Shown: piece by piece, positions 1-9,827 of the stretch
How positions within the stretch are numbered: position 1 is the first letter of the stretch
Layout of the letters: each line of letters opens with the position of its first letter
From: an uncultured Acidobacteriota bacterium
Lineage (GTDB): Bacteria > Acidobacteriota > Thermoanaerobaculia > UBA5066 > DATFVB01
Direction of reading: 5' to 3'
Assembly (NCBI GenBank): GCA_963813155.1
Contig: CAWEYG010000002.1
Span: 800,001 to 864,000, forward strand
Length of the DNA: 64,000 nt
The notes under the pieces: generated by a model
Told to the model about the DNA's origin: nothing
The model's database searches: none
The model's input: the letters and a program-made list of their open reading frames with translations, nothing else
Made by a program: the position numbers and the translations under genes

Positions 1-627
1 AATCAGCTCGAGATGGATCACGACGTTCGACGGGCTCACGGTCTGGCCCTCGAGGGACAACGCCGTTACCGTCTGCTTCCGGAACCGGGAACCTTTCGGC
101 TTCTGCTCTTCTCGAACCGCGCGCGAATGGGAAACTACCTCGAGGCGCTGCGCGAAGCGGCCCCGCCCGACGTCACGGCGACGCGGCGCCCCGGCCGCTC
201 CAAGTGGGGCCTCGGAGCGAACGTCGAACAGCCGCTCACGAAATCCTCCGGGGTCTTCGCTCGCCTCAGCTGGAACGACGGGAAGAACGAGTCGTGGGCC
301 TATGCCGAGATCGACCGCTCCGCTTGCGCGGGGTTCGTCGACCGGCCGGGCTGGTGGAATCGCGAGCGGGACGAGCTCGGAGTCGCGTTGATCGCAAACG
401 GGCTTTCGGGGCCGCACCGGGAATACTTCGCCGCCGGCGGGTACGGGTTCATGCTCGGCGACGGGCGCCTGCGCTACGGTCCGGAACAGATCGCCGAGGC
501 TTACGCAAAGGTGGTGTTCGGGAACCTCTCCGGAACGCTCGACTATCAGTTCATCCGCAACCCCGCATACAACCGCGATCGCGGCCCGGTTCACGTCTTC
601 GGCGCCCGGCTCCACGTGGAGCTGTAG
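1..627 (+). CDS. OprB-family carbohydrate/Mn2+ porin, C-terminal part (5' truncated by window)
   Basis: Frame open from base 1; motifs FARLSWNDGKNESWAYAEID and DYQFIRNPAYNRDRGPVHVFGARLH are typical of this porin family. Confidence 0.75.
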   Translation, partial: NQLEMDHDVRRAHGLALEGQRRYRLLPEPGTFRLLLFSNRARMGNYLEALREAAPPDVTATRRPGRSKWGLGANVEQPLTKSSGVFARLSWNDGKNESWAYAEIDRSACAGFVDRPGWWNRERDELGVALIANGLSGPHREYFAAGGYGFMLGDGRLRYGPEQIAEAYAKVVFGNLSGTLDYQFIRNPAYNRDRGPVHVFGARLHVEL

Positions 628-649
628 CTTTGTCGTAAGCTACGCCGCG

Positions 650-1477
650 ATGCAGCTCTGGCAGGCGATCCTACTCGGCGTGGTCCAGGGCCTGACCGAG
701 TTCGTCCCCGTGTCGTCCACGGCGCACCTGTTCCTCGTCCAGAAATGGCTCGGCCTCGGCAACGAGTCGGCGAACCTCACCTTCGACATCGTGCTCCACC
801 TCGGCACGGCGCTCGCGCTGATCGCGGTCTACGCTCGCGAGCTGTACGGCATGCTCCAGGAATCCTTCCGCTGGGCGGCGCGCAAACCCGCCCGCGACCC
901 GGAGGACCGGGCCTTGATCGTTCCGCTCATTCTCGGGACGATTCCCGGTGTTCTCGCGGGTCTCTTTCTTCTCAAGCGGTTCGAGGCGCATCGCACGCTC
1001 GCGATCATCGGCCTGTCGATGCTCACCGCGTGCGCCTTTTTCTTTCTTTCCGAGTGGGCCGGCGACCGGCGCCAGGCGAAGGAAGGGGAACGCGAAACGG
1101 TGACCGCCGGCGACTCGCTCTGGATCGGGCTCGCGCAGGGAGCCGCGGGGCTGCTGGCGGGGTTCTCCCGCTCCGGGCTCACAATCGCGACCGGCCGGCT
1201 CCGGGGGCTCTCCCGGGAGCGGTCCGCCCGCTTTTCGTTTCTCCTCGCCCTGCCGATCATCCTCGGAGCGGGCGCCAAGACGATTCTGGACCTCCATCGC
1301 CATCCGGAGCCGCGCCTGCCGATCGGCCTGCTCGCCGCGGGTTTTCTTTCCGCCGCGGTCGTCGGATTTCTGTCCGTTCGCTTTCTCCTGGGTTTCCTGA
1401 AGACGCACAGCCTGCGGCCGTTCGGCGTCTACCTCGGGCTGCTCGGCGCCGCCCTTCTCGCGTTGGCGATCTTCTGA
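650..1477 (+). CDS. uppP: Undecaprenyl-diphosphate phosphatase
   Basis: GVVQGLTEFVPVSSTAH and GFSRSGLT motifs; multiple TM helices. Confidence 0.95.
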   Translation: MQLWQAILLGVVQGLTEFVPVSSTAHLFLVQKWLGLGNESANLTFDIVLHLGTALALIAVYARELYGMLQESFRWAARKPARDPEDRALIVPLILGTIPGVLAGLFLLKRFEAHRTLAIIGLSMLTACAFFFLSEWAGDRRQAKEGERETVTAGDSLWIGLAQGAAGLLAGFSRSGLTIATGRLRGLSRERSARFSFLLALPIILGAGAKTILDLHRHPEPRLPIGLLAAGFLSAAVVGFLSVRFLLGFLKTHSLRPFGVYLGLLGAALLALAIF

Positions 1478-2189
1478 CGTCTATCGGGAGGGAGGCTCGA
1501 CGAGTCGGACGAGCCTCCGTCGTGAAGCGATAGCCGACCCAGGGCTCGGTGATCAGATGCCTCGGCCGATTCGGATCGGACTCGATCTTGCGACGGAGGT
1601 TTCCGACCTGGACGCGCACCGTGTCGTTCGTGACGCCGGCGCCTCCCCCCCACACGGCCGCGATCAGCTGCGAGTGCGTCCAGACATGGCCCGGCTTCGA
1701 AAGAAACGTCTTCAGCAGGTCGAACTCGATCGGAGTCAGATGGACTTCCTCCCCCCGCCGGCGGATCGTTCGGGTCTCCAGATCGACGTCGAGCTCGCCG
1801 ATCTTCCTCTTTCCGGCCGGGAGCTCCGCCGCGCCGCGGCGCAGGAGCGCGCGGACCCGGGCCAGCAGTTCCGAAACGCCGAACGGCTTGACGACGTAGT
1901 CGTCGGCACCCGCGTCGAGCAACCGCACCTTTTCCCGTTCCTCGCTCTTGACCGTCAGCACGAGCACCGGCGTGCCCGACCCGGCGCGCAGCTGGCGGAC
2001 GAATTCCAGGCCGTCCATTTCCGGCATCGCGTAATCGGTGATCACGAGGTCGAAACGGTTCCCGCCGAGGGCCGCGAGTCCCTCGCGTCCGCCGGCCGCC
2101 GTCTCGACCTCGTGAAGATCGCGCCGCAGAGCGTCGGAAACGACGTGCCGGAGATTCTCGTCGTCGTCGACGACGAGAATCCGGCTCAT
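1257..2189 (-). CDS. KdpE/OmpR-family response regulator (true stop probably TAG at 1481-1483, missed through a 1-bp indel)
   Basis: MSRILVVDDD...DYAMPEMDG...GADDYVVKPF...HLITEPWVGYRF; ATG overlaps kinase stop (ATGA); as assembled it reads about 220 bp antisense into uppP. Confidence 0.9.
   Translation of the reverse strand: MSRILVVDDDENLRHVVSDALRRDLHEVETAAGGREGLAALGGNRFDLVITDYAMPEMDGLEFVRQLRAGSGTPVLVLTVKSEEREKVRLLDAGADDYVVKPFGVSELLARVRALLRRGAAELPAGKRKIGELDVDLETRTIRRRGEEVHLTPIEFDLLKTFLSKPGHVWTHSQLIAAVWGGGAGVTNDTVRVQVGNLRRKIESDPNRPRHLITEPWVGYRFTTEARPTRRASLPIDVRRSPTREGRRRAARGRRRTAAGCASSGNPGESERTEIRRPRRKENPRRAGRSAGAAPDGDGGPESSWRPLRG
1491..1518. terminator. Hairpin between convergent uppP and response regulator
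   Basis: Perfect 9-bp inverted repeat GGAGGCTCG...CGAGCCTCC; no U tract. Confidence 0.35.
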
Positions 2190-3628
2190 TCCGCCCCCAC
2201 GGGCAGCCGGATCTGGAAGCGCGTTCCTCCCCGTTCGGGGCTCGAGAGCGCAAGGCTTCCGCCGTTCAGCTCCACGAGATTGCGCGCGATATAGAGCCCC
2301 AGTCCGGTTCCCGGGGTGCCTTCGGACCCGGGAAGCCTCACGAATTTCGAAAACGCGCGGTCGAGGTCCGGCGGAGAGATCCCGGGGCCTTCGTCGTCGA
2401 CGGACAGCACGGCCTCGCCGTCGTGCTCGGAGCCGGTCAGGCGAATTCCCGTACCCGCGGGCGAGTAGCGGGCCGCGTTTTCCAGCCCGAGGCCGAGCGC
2501 CTCGGTGATCTGCGCCGGATCGACCCGCACGCGGCAGCGCGGGGCCGCGATGTCGACGTACAGACTGTGCCCCGCGAGCGTTTCGCCGAATCGCGCGACG
2601 GCGGCCTCCGCGATTTCTTCCACGGAGACCGACTCCCGATTCGGCGCCATCGAGCCGGATTCCAGCCGGACGACCGCGATCAGGTCGTCGACGAGGCGGG
2701 ACAACCGCTCCAGGCTCTCCCGGGCAAGCTCCGCCTTCCGGTTGGATCCGACCTCCGTGATCCAGTTCTCCACCGAGCCCAGAGCCGCGGCGAGCGGCGT
2801 CTTGATGTCGTGCGCGAGCGTCGCGAGGAGCGTCGATTTCATCTCGTCGCGGGCCCGAGTTCCCTCCGCCTCCCGCGCGAGCTTGAGGAACCTCTCCCGC
2901 TCGAGGGCGAGGCCCAGCAGCGTCGCGCAGATTTCCGCCATCCGTTCGCTTCTCGCGGCGCCGAGCGCGACGAGAACCCCCACGCGATGGACGCCGATCG
3001 AGACGGGAAGGTACAGGTCGGTCCCGACCTCGGGCGCGGGAAAGGACGCCGAGTTGCCCTGGCGGAACGCGAGGTCCGCCAGCTCGTGCCTCACTTCCTC
3101 GTTTCCGGTTCGGGCGCCGATCGACAGTTGCGCCCTCTCGTCTCCCAGCAGCACGGTCACCTGGCGGCATTCGAGGGCCCGCCGCAGCCTCTCCGCGACG
3201 GTCCCCAGCAGCGATTCGCGGTTCGTGTCCGCCAGGAACGCCTGCGAGAGATCGGTCACGGCGGCGAGCTCCCGCCGTTCCGTTTCGACCTGGCGCAGGC
3301 GGAGCCTGGCGAGCGCGGAAAGGCGCCCGATGACGAGCGCCGCCGTGAGGAACACGACGAGCGCGACGACGTTGCGCGAGTCCTGGATCGTGAGCGTGTA
3401 CAGAGGCGGAAGGAAGAAGAAGTTGAACGCGAGCGTCGCGAGAACCGCCGCCAGCACGCCGGGGCCGCTCTCCCAGAGCGACGCGACGAAGAAGACGACG
3501 ACCAGGAGCAGCAGGGCCTGGGCCGCGTCCGTCAAGCCGGGGATGAGCTTCAGGAGCAAGACGGCGAGCGCGACGAGGACGACCGCTGCCGCGAACCCGA
3601 TCGAGCGCTGCCGGCGAGCCCTGGTCAC
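2186..3628 (-). CDS. KdpD-like sensor histidine kinase (DUF4118 TM region, GAF-like, HisKA, HATPase)
   Basis: FNFFFLPPLYTLTI DUF4118 motif; H-box LAHDIKTPL; ENAARYS; DEGPGI; GTGLGL; GTG start inferred. Confidence 0.88.
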   Translation of the reverse strand: MTRARRQRSIGFAAAVVLVALAVLLLKLIPGLTDAAQALLLLVVVFFVASLWESGPGVLAAVLATLAFNFFFLPPLYTLTIQDSRNVVALVVFLTAALVIGRLSALARLRLRQVETERRELAAVTDLSQAFLADTNRESLLGTVAERLRRALECRQVTVLLGDERAQLSIGARTGNEEVRHELADLAFRQGNSASFPAPEVGTDLYLPVSIGVHRVGVLVALGAARSERMAEICATLLGLALERERFLKLAREAEGTRARDEMKSTLLATLAHDIKTPLAAALGSVENWITEVGSNRKAELARESLERLSRLVDDLIAVVRLESGSMAPNRESVSVEEIAEAAVARFGETLAGHSLYVDIAAPRCRVRVDPAQITEALGLGLENAARYSPAGTGIRLTGSEHDGEAVLSVDDEGPGISPPDLDRAFSKFVRLPGSEGTPGTGLGLYIARNLVELNGGSLALSSPERGGTRFQIRLPVGAE

Positions 3629-3665
3629 GGGGAAAAGTCTACCCTTGTTCGGCTTCGTACGACGG

Positions 3666-4961
3666 CTACGGGTCCGCCGTCTCCGGAAGGGCCCGTTCGA
3701 GGTCGTAATTCCGCACGACCGGCGCAAGCGCCGCGACGACCCCCACCACGAGAAGCGTCACGACTCCGCCTCCGACGATCGACAACATGGCTCCGAACGC
3801 CGTCGGCCGAAAGAGCGAGGCGACAAAGCCGGCTTCCATCTCGCCCAGCTGCGGGCCGCCCATGAAAAAAATCATGTTGACCGACGTCATTCGTCCGCGC
3901 AGCTCGTCCGGAGTCATGACCTGCCGGAGCGTCTGGCGGATCACCGTCGAAACGAGATCGGCGAGACCGGTCGCGGCGAGGGCGACAAACGTGAGCACGA
4001 TGTCGTGCGAGAGGCCGTAGACGATCGTCGCGGCCGCGTACGCCGCGATCGACCAGAGGAGCAGCGGCCCCTGCTTCCGCGGAAGCGGGCGAATCGCGGC
4101 GAAAAGCGAACCGGCGAGCGCTCCGATCGCGGGAGCGGAGCGCAGCCAGCCGTAGCCGGCCGGCCCGACGTGGAGGACCTGGTCCGCGAGGATCGGCAGG
4201 AGCGACATCGCCCCCGAAAAGAACGTCGCGAAAAAGTCGAGCGCCATCGTCGACACCATGATCGGAGTTCGAAAGACGAAGCGCAGCCCGGATCGCAGGT
4301 CCTCGAGAACGCGCTCGCGCTTCCGGGATGTCGAAACCGGCTTTCCCGACGTTTTCATCAGAACGATCGCCGCCAGCACGGCGACGAAAGAAACCGCGTT
4401 CGCGAGATAGATCACGGAAAGGCCCTTCGTCGAGCTGCCGAACGAACGGCCCATCATGGCGATCGAGAGTCCGGAGGCCGCCGGGCCGACGATCATCGCG
4501 ACGTGGAAGAACGTGAGATTGAGGGAGAGCGCCCCCTGAAGGTCCCGGGACGGCACGAGGCGGGGAACGAGCGCCTGGCGCGCGGGGTTGTCGAACGCCA
4601 GCGCGGCCGAAGTGACGGCGGTCAGCGCGTAGATCGCCCACAGGGTCTCGCGCCCGAAGAACGTGAGCGCGGCCAGGGCGAGCGCGGCGGCGAGCATCAC
4701 CGACTGCGCCAGGAACATCACTTTCCGGCGGTCGTGGCGATCCGCCACGACGCCGCCGAGGAGAGAAAACGCGATGATCGGGATCACCCGCACGAGCCCC
4801 ACGATCCCGAGCGCGAGGGGCGATTTCGTCAGAACGTAGATGTGCCAGTCGATTCCGACGGTCTGCATCTGCGTGCCGACGATCGAGACGAGCGTCGCCC
4901 CCGAGAGGAGACGGAAGTCGCGGTGGCGCAGGGCGTGGTACGGGCGGGGGGAATCGGCCAT
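3666..4961 (-). CDS. MFS transporter (MFS_3/EntS-like)
   Basis: ALRHRDFRLL start, GVVADRHDRRK motif A, TPDELRGR; about 12 TM helices. Confidence 0.9.
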   Translation of the reverse strand: MADSPRPYHALRHRDFRLLSGATLVSIVGTQMQTVGIDWHIYVLTKSPLALGIVGLVRVIPIIAFSLLGGVVADRHDRRKVMFLAQSVMLAAALALAALTFFGRETLWAIYALTAVTSAALAFDNPARQALVPRLVPSRDLQGALSLNLTFFHVAMIVGPAASGLSIAMMGRSFGSSTKGLSVIYLANAVSFVAVLAAIVLMKTSGKPVSTSRKRERVLEDLRSGLRFVFRTPIMVSTMALDFFATFFSGAMSLLPILADQVLHVGPAGYGWLRSAPAIGALAGSLFAAIRPLPRKQGPLLLWSIAAYAAATIVYGLSHDIVLTFVALAATGLADLVSTVIRQTLRQVMTPDELRGRMTSVNMIFFMGGPQLGEMEAGFVASLFRPTAFGAMLSIVGGGVVTLLVVGVVAALAPVVRNYDLERALPETADP

Positions 4962-4976
4962 CGGTTCGCGCGGCCC

Positions 4977-6119
4977 TTACGGGCGGGGCAGAGCCTCGCG
5001 CAGGCCGCGGATTTCCTCGCGGGTCGCCCGGCGCCATCGCTCGCGCTGGAGACGGCGGTCGAGCGATTCGCGGTCGAGCGTGAGGCTCGTGACGAGGCGT
5101 CCCTGGGGCGTGAAGGCGTGGGCCCGGCCGTTGGGGCCGAGGACGATCAGCGTTCCGCGCGACTCGTCGGCGAGGAGCGCGGCGTCGGACGCGTCCCACG
5201 CGTCCCGAAGGGCGGCGTGCGTCGGCCGGTTGTCCCGCCGGCGGTCCGCGGCATGCCGGGTGCGGCGCTCGCCCTGCCGTCCGGCCCGCTCGGTCGCCCG
5301 GCGAAGGTCGTGGAGGATCCCCGGAATCTCGCGCATCCGCTCCGAGCGCAGCTCGCGCCGGGACGGGGGCGCCAGGTCCTGTTCGATTCGCGCGAGCCTC
5401 GCGCGCGCGCCGGAAAACGCGGCCGGGAACCAGTGATCGGGCCGCTGCTCGAAATACAGCGCGGCCGCCGGGCCAATGCGGTTCAAATGCAGCCGGGTGG
5501 ACCCGTCGGGGTCCCGCGTCTCGACCGCCTGGACCGTGAGGGCGCACAGCGGGGCGTCTCCTCCGCCGAAATATCCGACGACGAGCTGCGCGAGCAGGTC
5601 GCAGCGTTTGGACGCCTTGCCGAAGGGCCGCAGGAGCCGGTGCTTCAGGTCCCGGCCGGTCTGCACGAGCGCGAGCGGCGGCGAGGCCGGCCCGAAGAGC
5701 TCCTCGACGCGCTCGTGCCGCGCCTCGAGCAGCACCTGGGAGAGATCGTCCCATTGCGGCTGGCCCGTCGGCCCGTATCCCACGAACACGGATTGCGGCC
5801 GGGGTGGAAGCGAGTGCTCGCAGTCGAAGCTCTCGCACCGGTGGCAATAGGCGTGGCCGGAACGGAAGGGATCCGAGAGCGAGCCCGCCTCGCGGACGTC
5901 GCGCGACAACTGATCCGCGAGCGAACCGCTCTTCTGTTCCGCGAGCGAACCGCTCTTCGCCTCGCCGCCGGCCGGCAGGGAGAGCTCGAGCCGAATCGGA
6001 ATCCTCCCGGGAACCTCGCGGCCGGCGCCGAACAGTTCCTCGTGGATGCGCCGCGCCAGTTCGGCCAGATCGGATTCGATCCGGCGAGCGAGCTCCGCGA
6101 TCGACGTGCGGCCGTTCAC
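4977..6119 (-). CDS. Hypothetical protein with CxxC-x4-CxH motif
   Basis: 380-aa ORF filling the gap; YCHRCESFDCEH; -10-like TAGAAT 6 nt upstream of GTG. Confidence 0.75.
   Translation of the reverse strand: MNGRTSIAELARRIESDLAELARRIHEELFGAGREVPGRIPIRLELSLPAGGEAKSGSLAEQKSGSLADQLSRDVREAGSLSDPFRSGHAYCHRCESFDCEHSLPPRPQSVFVGYGPTGQPQWDDLSQVLLEARHERVEELFGPASPPLALVQTGRDLKHRLLRPFGKASKRCDLLAQLVVGYFGGGDAPLCALTVQAVETRDPDGSTRLHLNRIGPAAALYFEQRPDHWFPAAFSGARARLARIEQDLAPPSRRELRSERMREIPGILHDLRRATERAGRQGERRTRHAADRRRDNRPTHAALRDAWDASDAALLADESRGTLIVLGPNGRAHAFTPQGRLVTSLTLDRESLDRRLQRERWRRATREEIRGLREALPRP
5910..5957. repeat. 24-bp in-frame tandem duplication (KSGSLAEQ/KSGSLADQ)
   Basis: ctgatccgcgagcgaaccgctctt followed by ctgttccgcgagcgaaccgctctt. 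Confidence 0.9.
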
Positions 6120-6160
6120 GAAGTCATTCTAATTCCCCCGGCAGAGTTAAGATGCCCGGC

Positions 6161-7357
6161 ATGCGATTCTCGAAAGCCTTCGGTATTTCCGGCGGGCTTC
6201 TCCTCGCGGCGGCCGCGAACGCCTCGGACCGGCCGCTGCGGAGCGTCGGCGGCGCTCTCGCTGCCGGCGCGCCGCGGCCGTCCGGCCTGGTTTTCGTCGT
6301 CGGCGGCGACAACCGTCCGACCGGCAAGGGCGCTCCGCTTCCGCGCATCACGCGGACCCTGTTCGAGGAAGTCCGGCTGATCCGGCCCGATTTCGTCCTC
6401 TGGACCGGCGATACCGTCTACGGCTACGGCGACACTCCGGCCGAGCTGGAAAAGGAATACAGCGCCTTCGAGGCGCTCGCCGGAAGGGCGGGGGTGCCGG
6501 TCTTCAACACGCCGGGAAATCACGAGATTCATCGGACCGACGATTCGCTCTGCTCTTCGCCGCCGGGAGATCCGGCTCCCGGCTCGCCCGACTCGGAAGC
6601 CCGATTCGTCCGGCGCTTCGGGAACCTCTACGGGTCGTTCGACGCCGGCGGGGCGCATTTCATTTCGCTCGACACGAACGCGTATTGTCACGAAGACTCG
6701 ATCGAAGGGCCCCAGCTCGAATGGCTGCAGCGCGACCTGGAGGATCACAAGGACGCGTCGGCGATCTTCGTTTTCTCCCACACCGAGTTCTTCTCCTCGC
6801 CACAAATCGACCCGGGCGCCGTGAAGAATCACGAAGCCCTCCGCAACCGCGACGAGCTGCACGCTCTGTTCCGGAAATACCCGGTGAAGGCCGTCTTCTC
6901 GGGCCACGAGCACCTCTACTGGCACGAGGCGCACGACGGAATCGACTATTTCGTGGCGGGAGGCGGAGGAGCGCCCCTGTACGCCTCCCCGGACCGGGGC
7001 GGCTTCGGGCATTACATCGTCGTCGCCCTCTCGAGCTCGGGCGTGCGCTACGACGTCGTCGAGCCGGGGCGCCTGTTCGTGGAGAACGCAGGCCCCGCGC
7101 GAAACGGAAAGCGAATCTGGGTCGTCAACTCCAACGACGCGGACATCCCCCTGCGCGGAGTCTCGGTCGACCTTCCCGCCCTCGGGCCGTGCCGCGGAGT
7201 CCGGGCCGAGTCCGAGCTGAAACGCCGGGACGGCACGCCCGTTCCGGTCCCGATCTCCCTCCTCGCGTGCTCGAGCTCGCGGGGGCGCCTGCACGTCGCG
7301 CTCGAGCTGACTTCGCCGCGTGGCACTTCGGTTCCGATCGTCGTCCGCGGAAAGTGA
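6161..7357 (+). CDS. Secreted calcineurin-like metallophosphoesterase
   Basis: Signal peptide; GDN, TGD, GNHE, H and GHEH metal motifs. Confidence 0.88.
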   Translation: MRFSKAFGISGGLLLAAAANASDRPLRSVGGALAAGAPRPSGLVFVVGGDNRPTGKGAPLPRITRTLFEEVRLIRPDFVLWTGDTVYGYGDTPAELEKEYSAFEALAGRAGVPVFNTPGNHEIHRTDDSLCSSPPGDPAPGSPDSEARFVRRFGNLYGSFDAGGAHFISLDTNAYCHEDSIEGPQLEWLQRDLEDHKDASAIFVFSHTEFFSSPQIDPGAVKNHEALRNRDELHALFRKYPVKAVFSGHEHLYWHEAHDGIDYFVAGGGGAPLYASPDRGGFGHYIVVALSSSGVRYDVVEPGRLFVENAGPARNGKRIWVVNSNDADIPLRGVSVDLPALGPCRGVRAESELKRRDGTPVPVPISLLACSSSRGRLHVALELTSPRGTSVPIVVRGK

Positions 7358-7433
7358 CCCCGGCGGCGGACGTCGCCGGAAGGCCACCCGGACTTGCGAA
7401 AACCCTCGTCCGGTGCGACCATAGGGAAAAGAA

Positions 7434-7655
7434 ATGGCCGACGCCGTCGATTACACGTCGCTCGATTTCGGACAAACCGTCGCCGACCGCAGCGGAATCA
7501 TCGCGATCTGTCCCAAGTGCGGACGCAACGGCCTGAAACAGATCCACGGATCGAAGGAATCGGTCCGCTATCTCCACAGCACGTCTCGCCCCTCGAACGA
7601 CAGCGAGGGCACTCTCCAGGCGGATTTCTGCTTCGTGCCCGTCAAGCACGCGTAG
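7434..7655 (+). CDS. Small hypothetical protein, possible zinc finger
   Basis: 73 aa with CPKC...H...C; purine-rich RBS and TTGCGA-17-GACCAT upstream. Confidence 0.6.
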   Translation: MADAVDYTSLDFGQTVADRSGIIAICPKCGRNGLKQIHGSKESVRYLHSTSRPSNDSEGTLQADFCFVPVKHA

Positions 7656-7666
7656 CCGCGACTCCC

Positions 7667-9823
7667 CTACTCCTTCTCCGGGTACAGCTCCTTGTACGAC
7701 TCGGAAAACAGCATCACGTGGCGGACGTACTCGCGCGTTTCGGCGGCCGGGAACGACTCGAGCCGCTCGTCGGAGGATTTCCCCGGAGCGGCGCGAACGA
7801 CGCCCCCGATCCGGCCGGGACCGGCGTTGTACGCGGCGACGGCCAGCAGCACGTCGTTCTGGAACAGATCGAGCAGCGATCGGAGATACGAGGCGCCGAG
7901 ACGGACGTTGACCGCGGGATCGTAGAGAAACGCGGTTCGAAAGCGCCGCTTGAGGACTCTTTTCGAGAGGAGGCGGGCGGTGCCGGGCATCAACTGCGTG
8001 AGTCCCGCCGCGCCGGCCTTCGACCGGGCCTTCGGGTTGAAGGCGCTCTCCTGCCGGACGATCGCGAGCAGGAGGTTGCGGTCGAGGCGGAATTCCCGCG
8101 CCGCGGAGTCGAGCATGCCGTTGCGGTCGATCGGGTAATACAGACGCCGCCATTGCTCCGGCACGTCTCCCTCGAGCGCCGTCCCGATCTCCGGGTATGC
8201 CAATTTCACGTCCGCCGTCGCCCGGCTGAAGTCCCCGAGCGCGAAAGTCGCGACGGCCCGGCGAAGCGTCTTCCCCCGGGAACTCTCGAGCCGGTCCACC
8301 TCCCACAAGGCGTCCGTGTAGAGCCGCTGCCGGAGAAGCTCGTCGGCCCGAACGAAGAGGGCCGACCTCTCGGGAGCGTCGACCGCCGCCGGAGACGCGC
8401 ACGGAGTTTTCCACTCGGCCGCAAAGCGCGCGTAGACGTCGGGAGGATCGGCGCACGCCAGGGAACGGCCGGCTTCCCGCGCCTCGGAGGGCCTGCCGAG
8501 GCGCTCGAGGCACCGGGCCTTCCAGTAGAGAAGGCGGCGGGCGGCGGAGATCTCCCGATAGATCGACTCCAGCTGTTCGACCTCGGGAAGAGCGCCCGCG
8601 TAGTCTCCCGCTTCGATCTTTTCCCACGTCGGCCGCCACAGGGCTTCGAAGCCCCAGGTCGCGGACGGGTTCGACGCGGTCATCCGCCTTGCGTCCTCGA
8701 CAGCCGCGTTCCTCTCCTGCGCGGCGACCCAGAGGCCGATCTCCGTCCGAAAGGCGCGATCGCGCGTGCTCTCCGGCGCGGCGGCGTCGGACGCGGCGTG
8801 AAATCCGAGCGCAAGGCTGCGCGCTTCCGCGGGCGAGAGATCCCGGACCGTGCGCTTCCGCCGACGTCCCCGGCCCGCGAGCGCCCGGCGAAACGCGTTC
8901 TCGGCGAGGACGAGCGCGGCCCCTTTCTCTTCGGCGGCCGGGCCCGGCTCGACGCGGCGGGCCTCCCGGTCGGACGCGTCCAGCCGGCCGAGGCGCGACA
9001 GCACCCGCGCCCGAACCAGGTGAAGCCGCCTCTTCTCGAGCGAAGAGATCTCCCTCGGGTCGACGTCTTCGGAGAACGACAGCGCGCCCGTCGACTCGCC
9101 CGCCTCGGCCAGCCGTTCGGTGAAATCGAGCTGGAGGGGATCGGAGAGCCGGGCAAGCTGGCGGCGGGCCTCTCGGATCAGCAGCTTCGGGATCTTGCGG
9201 TCGAAGATCGCCGAGGGACGATTCTCGAGGAGTCGGGACGCCGCTCTCGCGAGCGCATCGTCGTCTCCGAGATCTCCCGCCAGCGCGGCGCGGCCGACGA
9301 GCAGCGCCTCGGTCTGCGCCGGCTCCTGACCCGCGGATGCCAGCTCGAGGACGTCGAGCGCCTCGTGCTTTTCGGCGCGCGTGCGCGAAGACGCCGCGAA
9401 GGCCAGGGCGGCGTCCGCCTGCCGCGCCGAACGTGCCTGTCCCGAGCGAAGGAACGTGACCCGGGACTCCTTCGCCATCCCGGCCCGCGAGAGCGCGACC
9501 CCGAGAAAGTAGTCCCGGTACTCCTGAAGCCCGATCGGGCGCAGGTCCAGGCCGCCGAGCAGGTCCGCGGCGCGCCGGGCCGATCCCGTTTCCAGCTCTC
9601 GTCGCGCGAGGAGGAAATCGATCCGCGCCGACCATGCAGGGAGCGGAAATTTCGATCGGACGCCGGAGAAAGCGGCCGCCGCCGCGGCCGCATCGCCCCG
9701 GTCGAGGGCCTCCGCTCCTTTCGCGAACAGTTCCTCGGCGTCAGGCGAAGGCGGCGAGGAAAAATCCGCGGCGGCCACGCGCGCGACGATCAGGAGCGCA
9801 AGCGCGAAACCGCGGCGAGTCAA
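7667..9823 (-). CDS. Slt70-like lytic transglycosylase with N-terminal helical/TPR region
   Basis: Signal peptide; IVRQES, GLTQLMP, AYNAG and ETREYV motifs. Confidence 0.9.
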   Translation of the reverse strand: MTRRGFALALLIVARVAAADFSSPPSPDAEELFAKGAEALDRGDAAAAAAAFSGVRSKFPLPAWSARIDFLLARRELETGSARRAADLLGGLDLRPIGLQEYRDYFLGVALSRAGMAKESRVTFLRSGQARSARQADAALAFAASSRTRAEKHEALDVLELASAGQEPAQTEALLVGRAALAGDLGDDDALARAASRLLENRPSAIFDRKIPKLLIREARRQLARLSDPLQLDFTERLAEAGESTGALSFSEDVDPREISSLEKRRLHLVRARVLSRLGRLDASDREARRVEPGPAAEEKGAALVLAENAFRRALAGRGRRRKRTVRDLSPAEARSLALGFHAASDAAAPESTRDRAFRTEIGLWVAAQERNAAVEDARRMTASNPSATWGFEALWRPTWEKIEAGDYAGALPEVEQLESIYREISAARRLLYWKARCLERLGRPSEAREAGRSLACADPPDVYARFAAEWKTPCASPAAVDAPERSALFVRADELLRQRLYTDALWEVDRLESSRGKTLRRAVATFALGDFSRATADVKLAYPEIGTALEGDVPEQWRRLYYPIDRNGMLDSAAREFRLDRNLLLAIVRQESAFNPKARSKAGAAGLTQLMPGTARLLSKRVLKRRFRTAFLYDPAVNVRLGASYLRSLLDLFQNDVLLAVAAYNAGPGRIGGVVRAAPGKSSDERLESFPAAETREYVRHVMLFSESYKELYPEKE

Positions 9824-9827
9824 GAAG

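Noticed and set aside
2505-6380. Long antisense and alternate-frame ORFs (also 11280..13862, 30692..33787, 60018..63548 and others)
   Set aside because: Shadow ORFs of high-GC genes: Arg/Pro/Gly-rich, no motifs, and they overlap well-supported genes.
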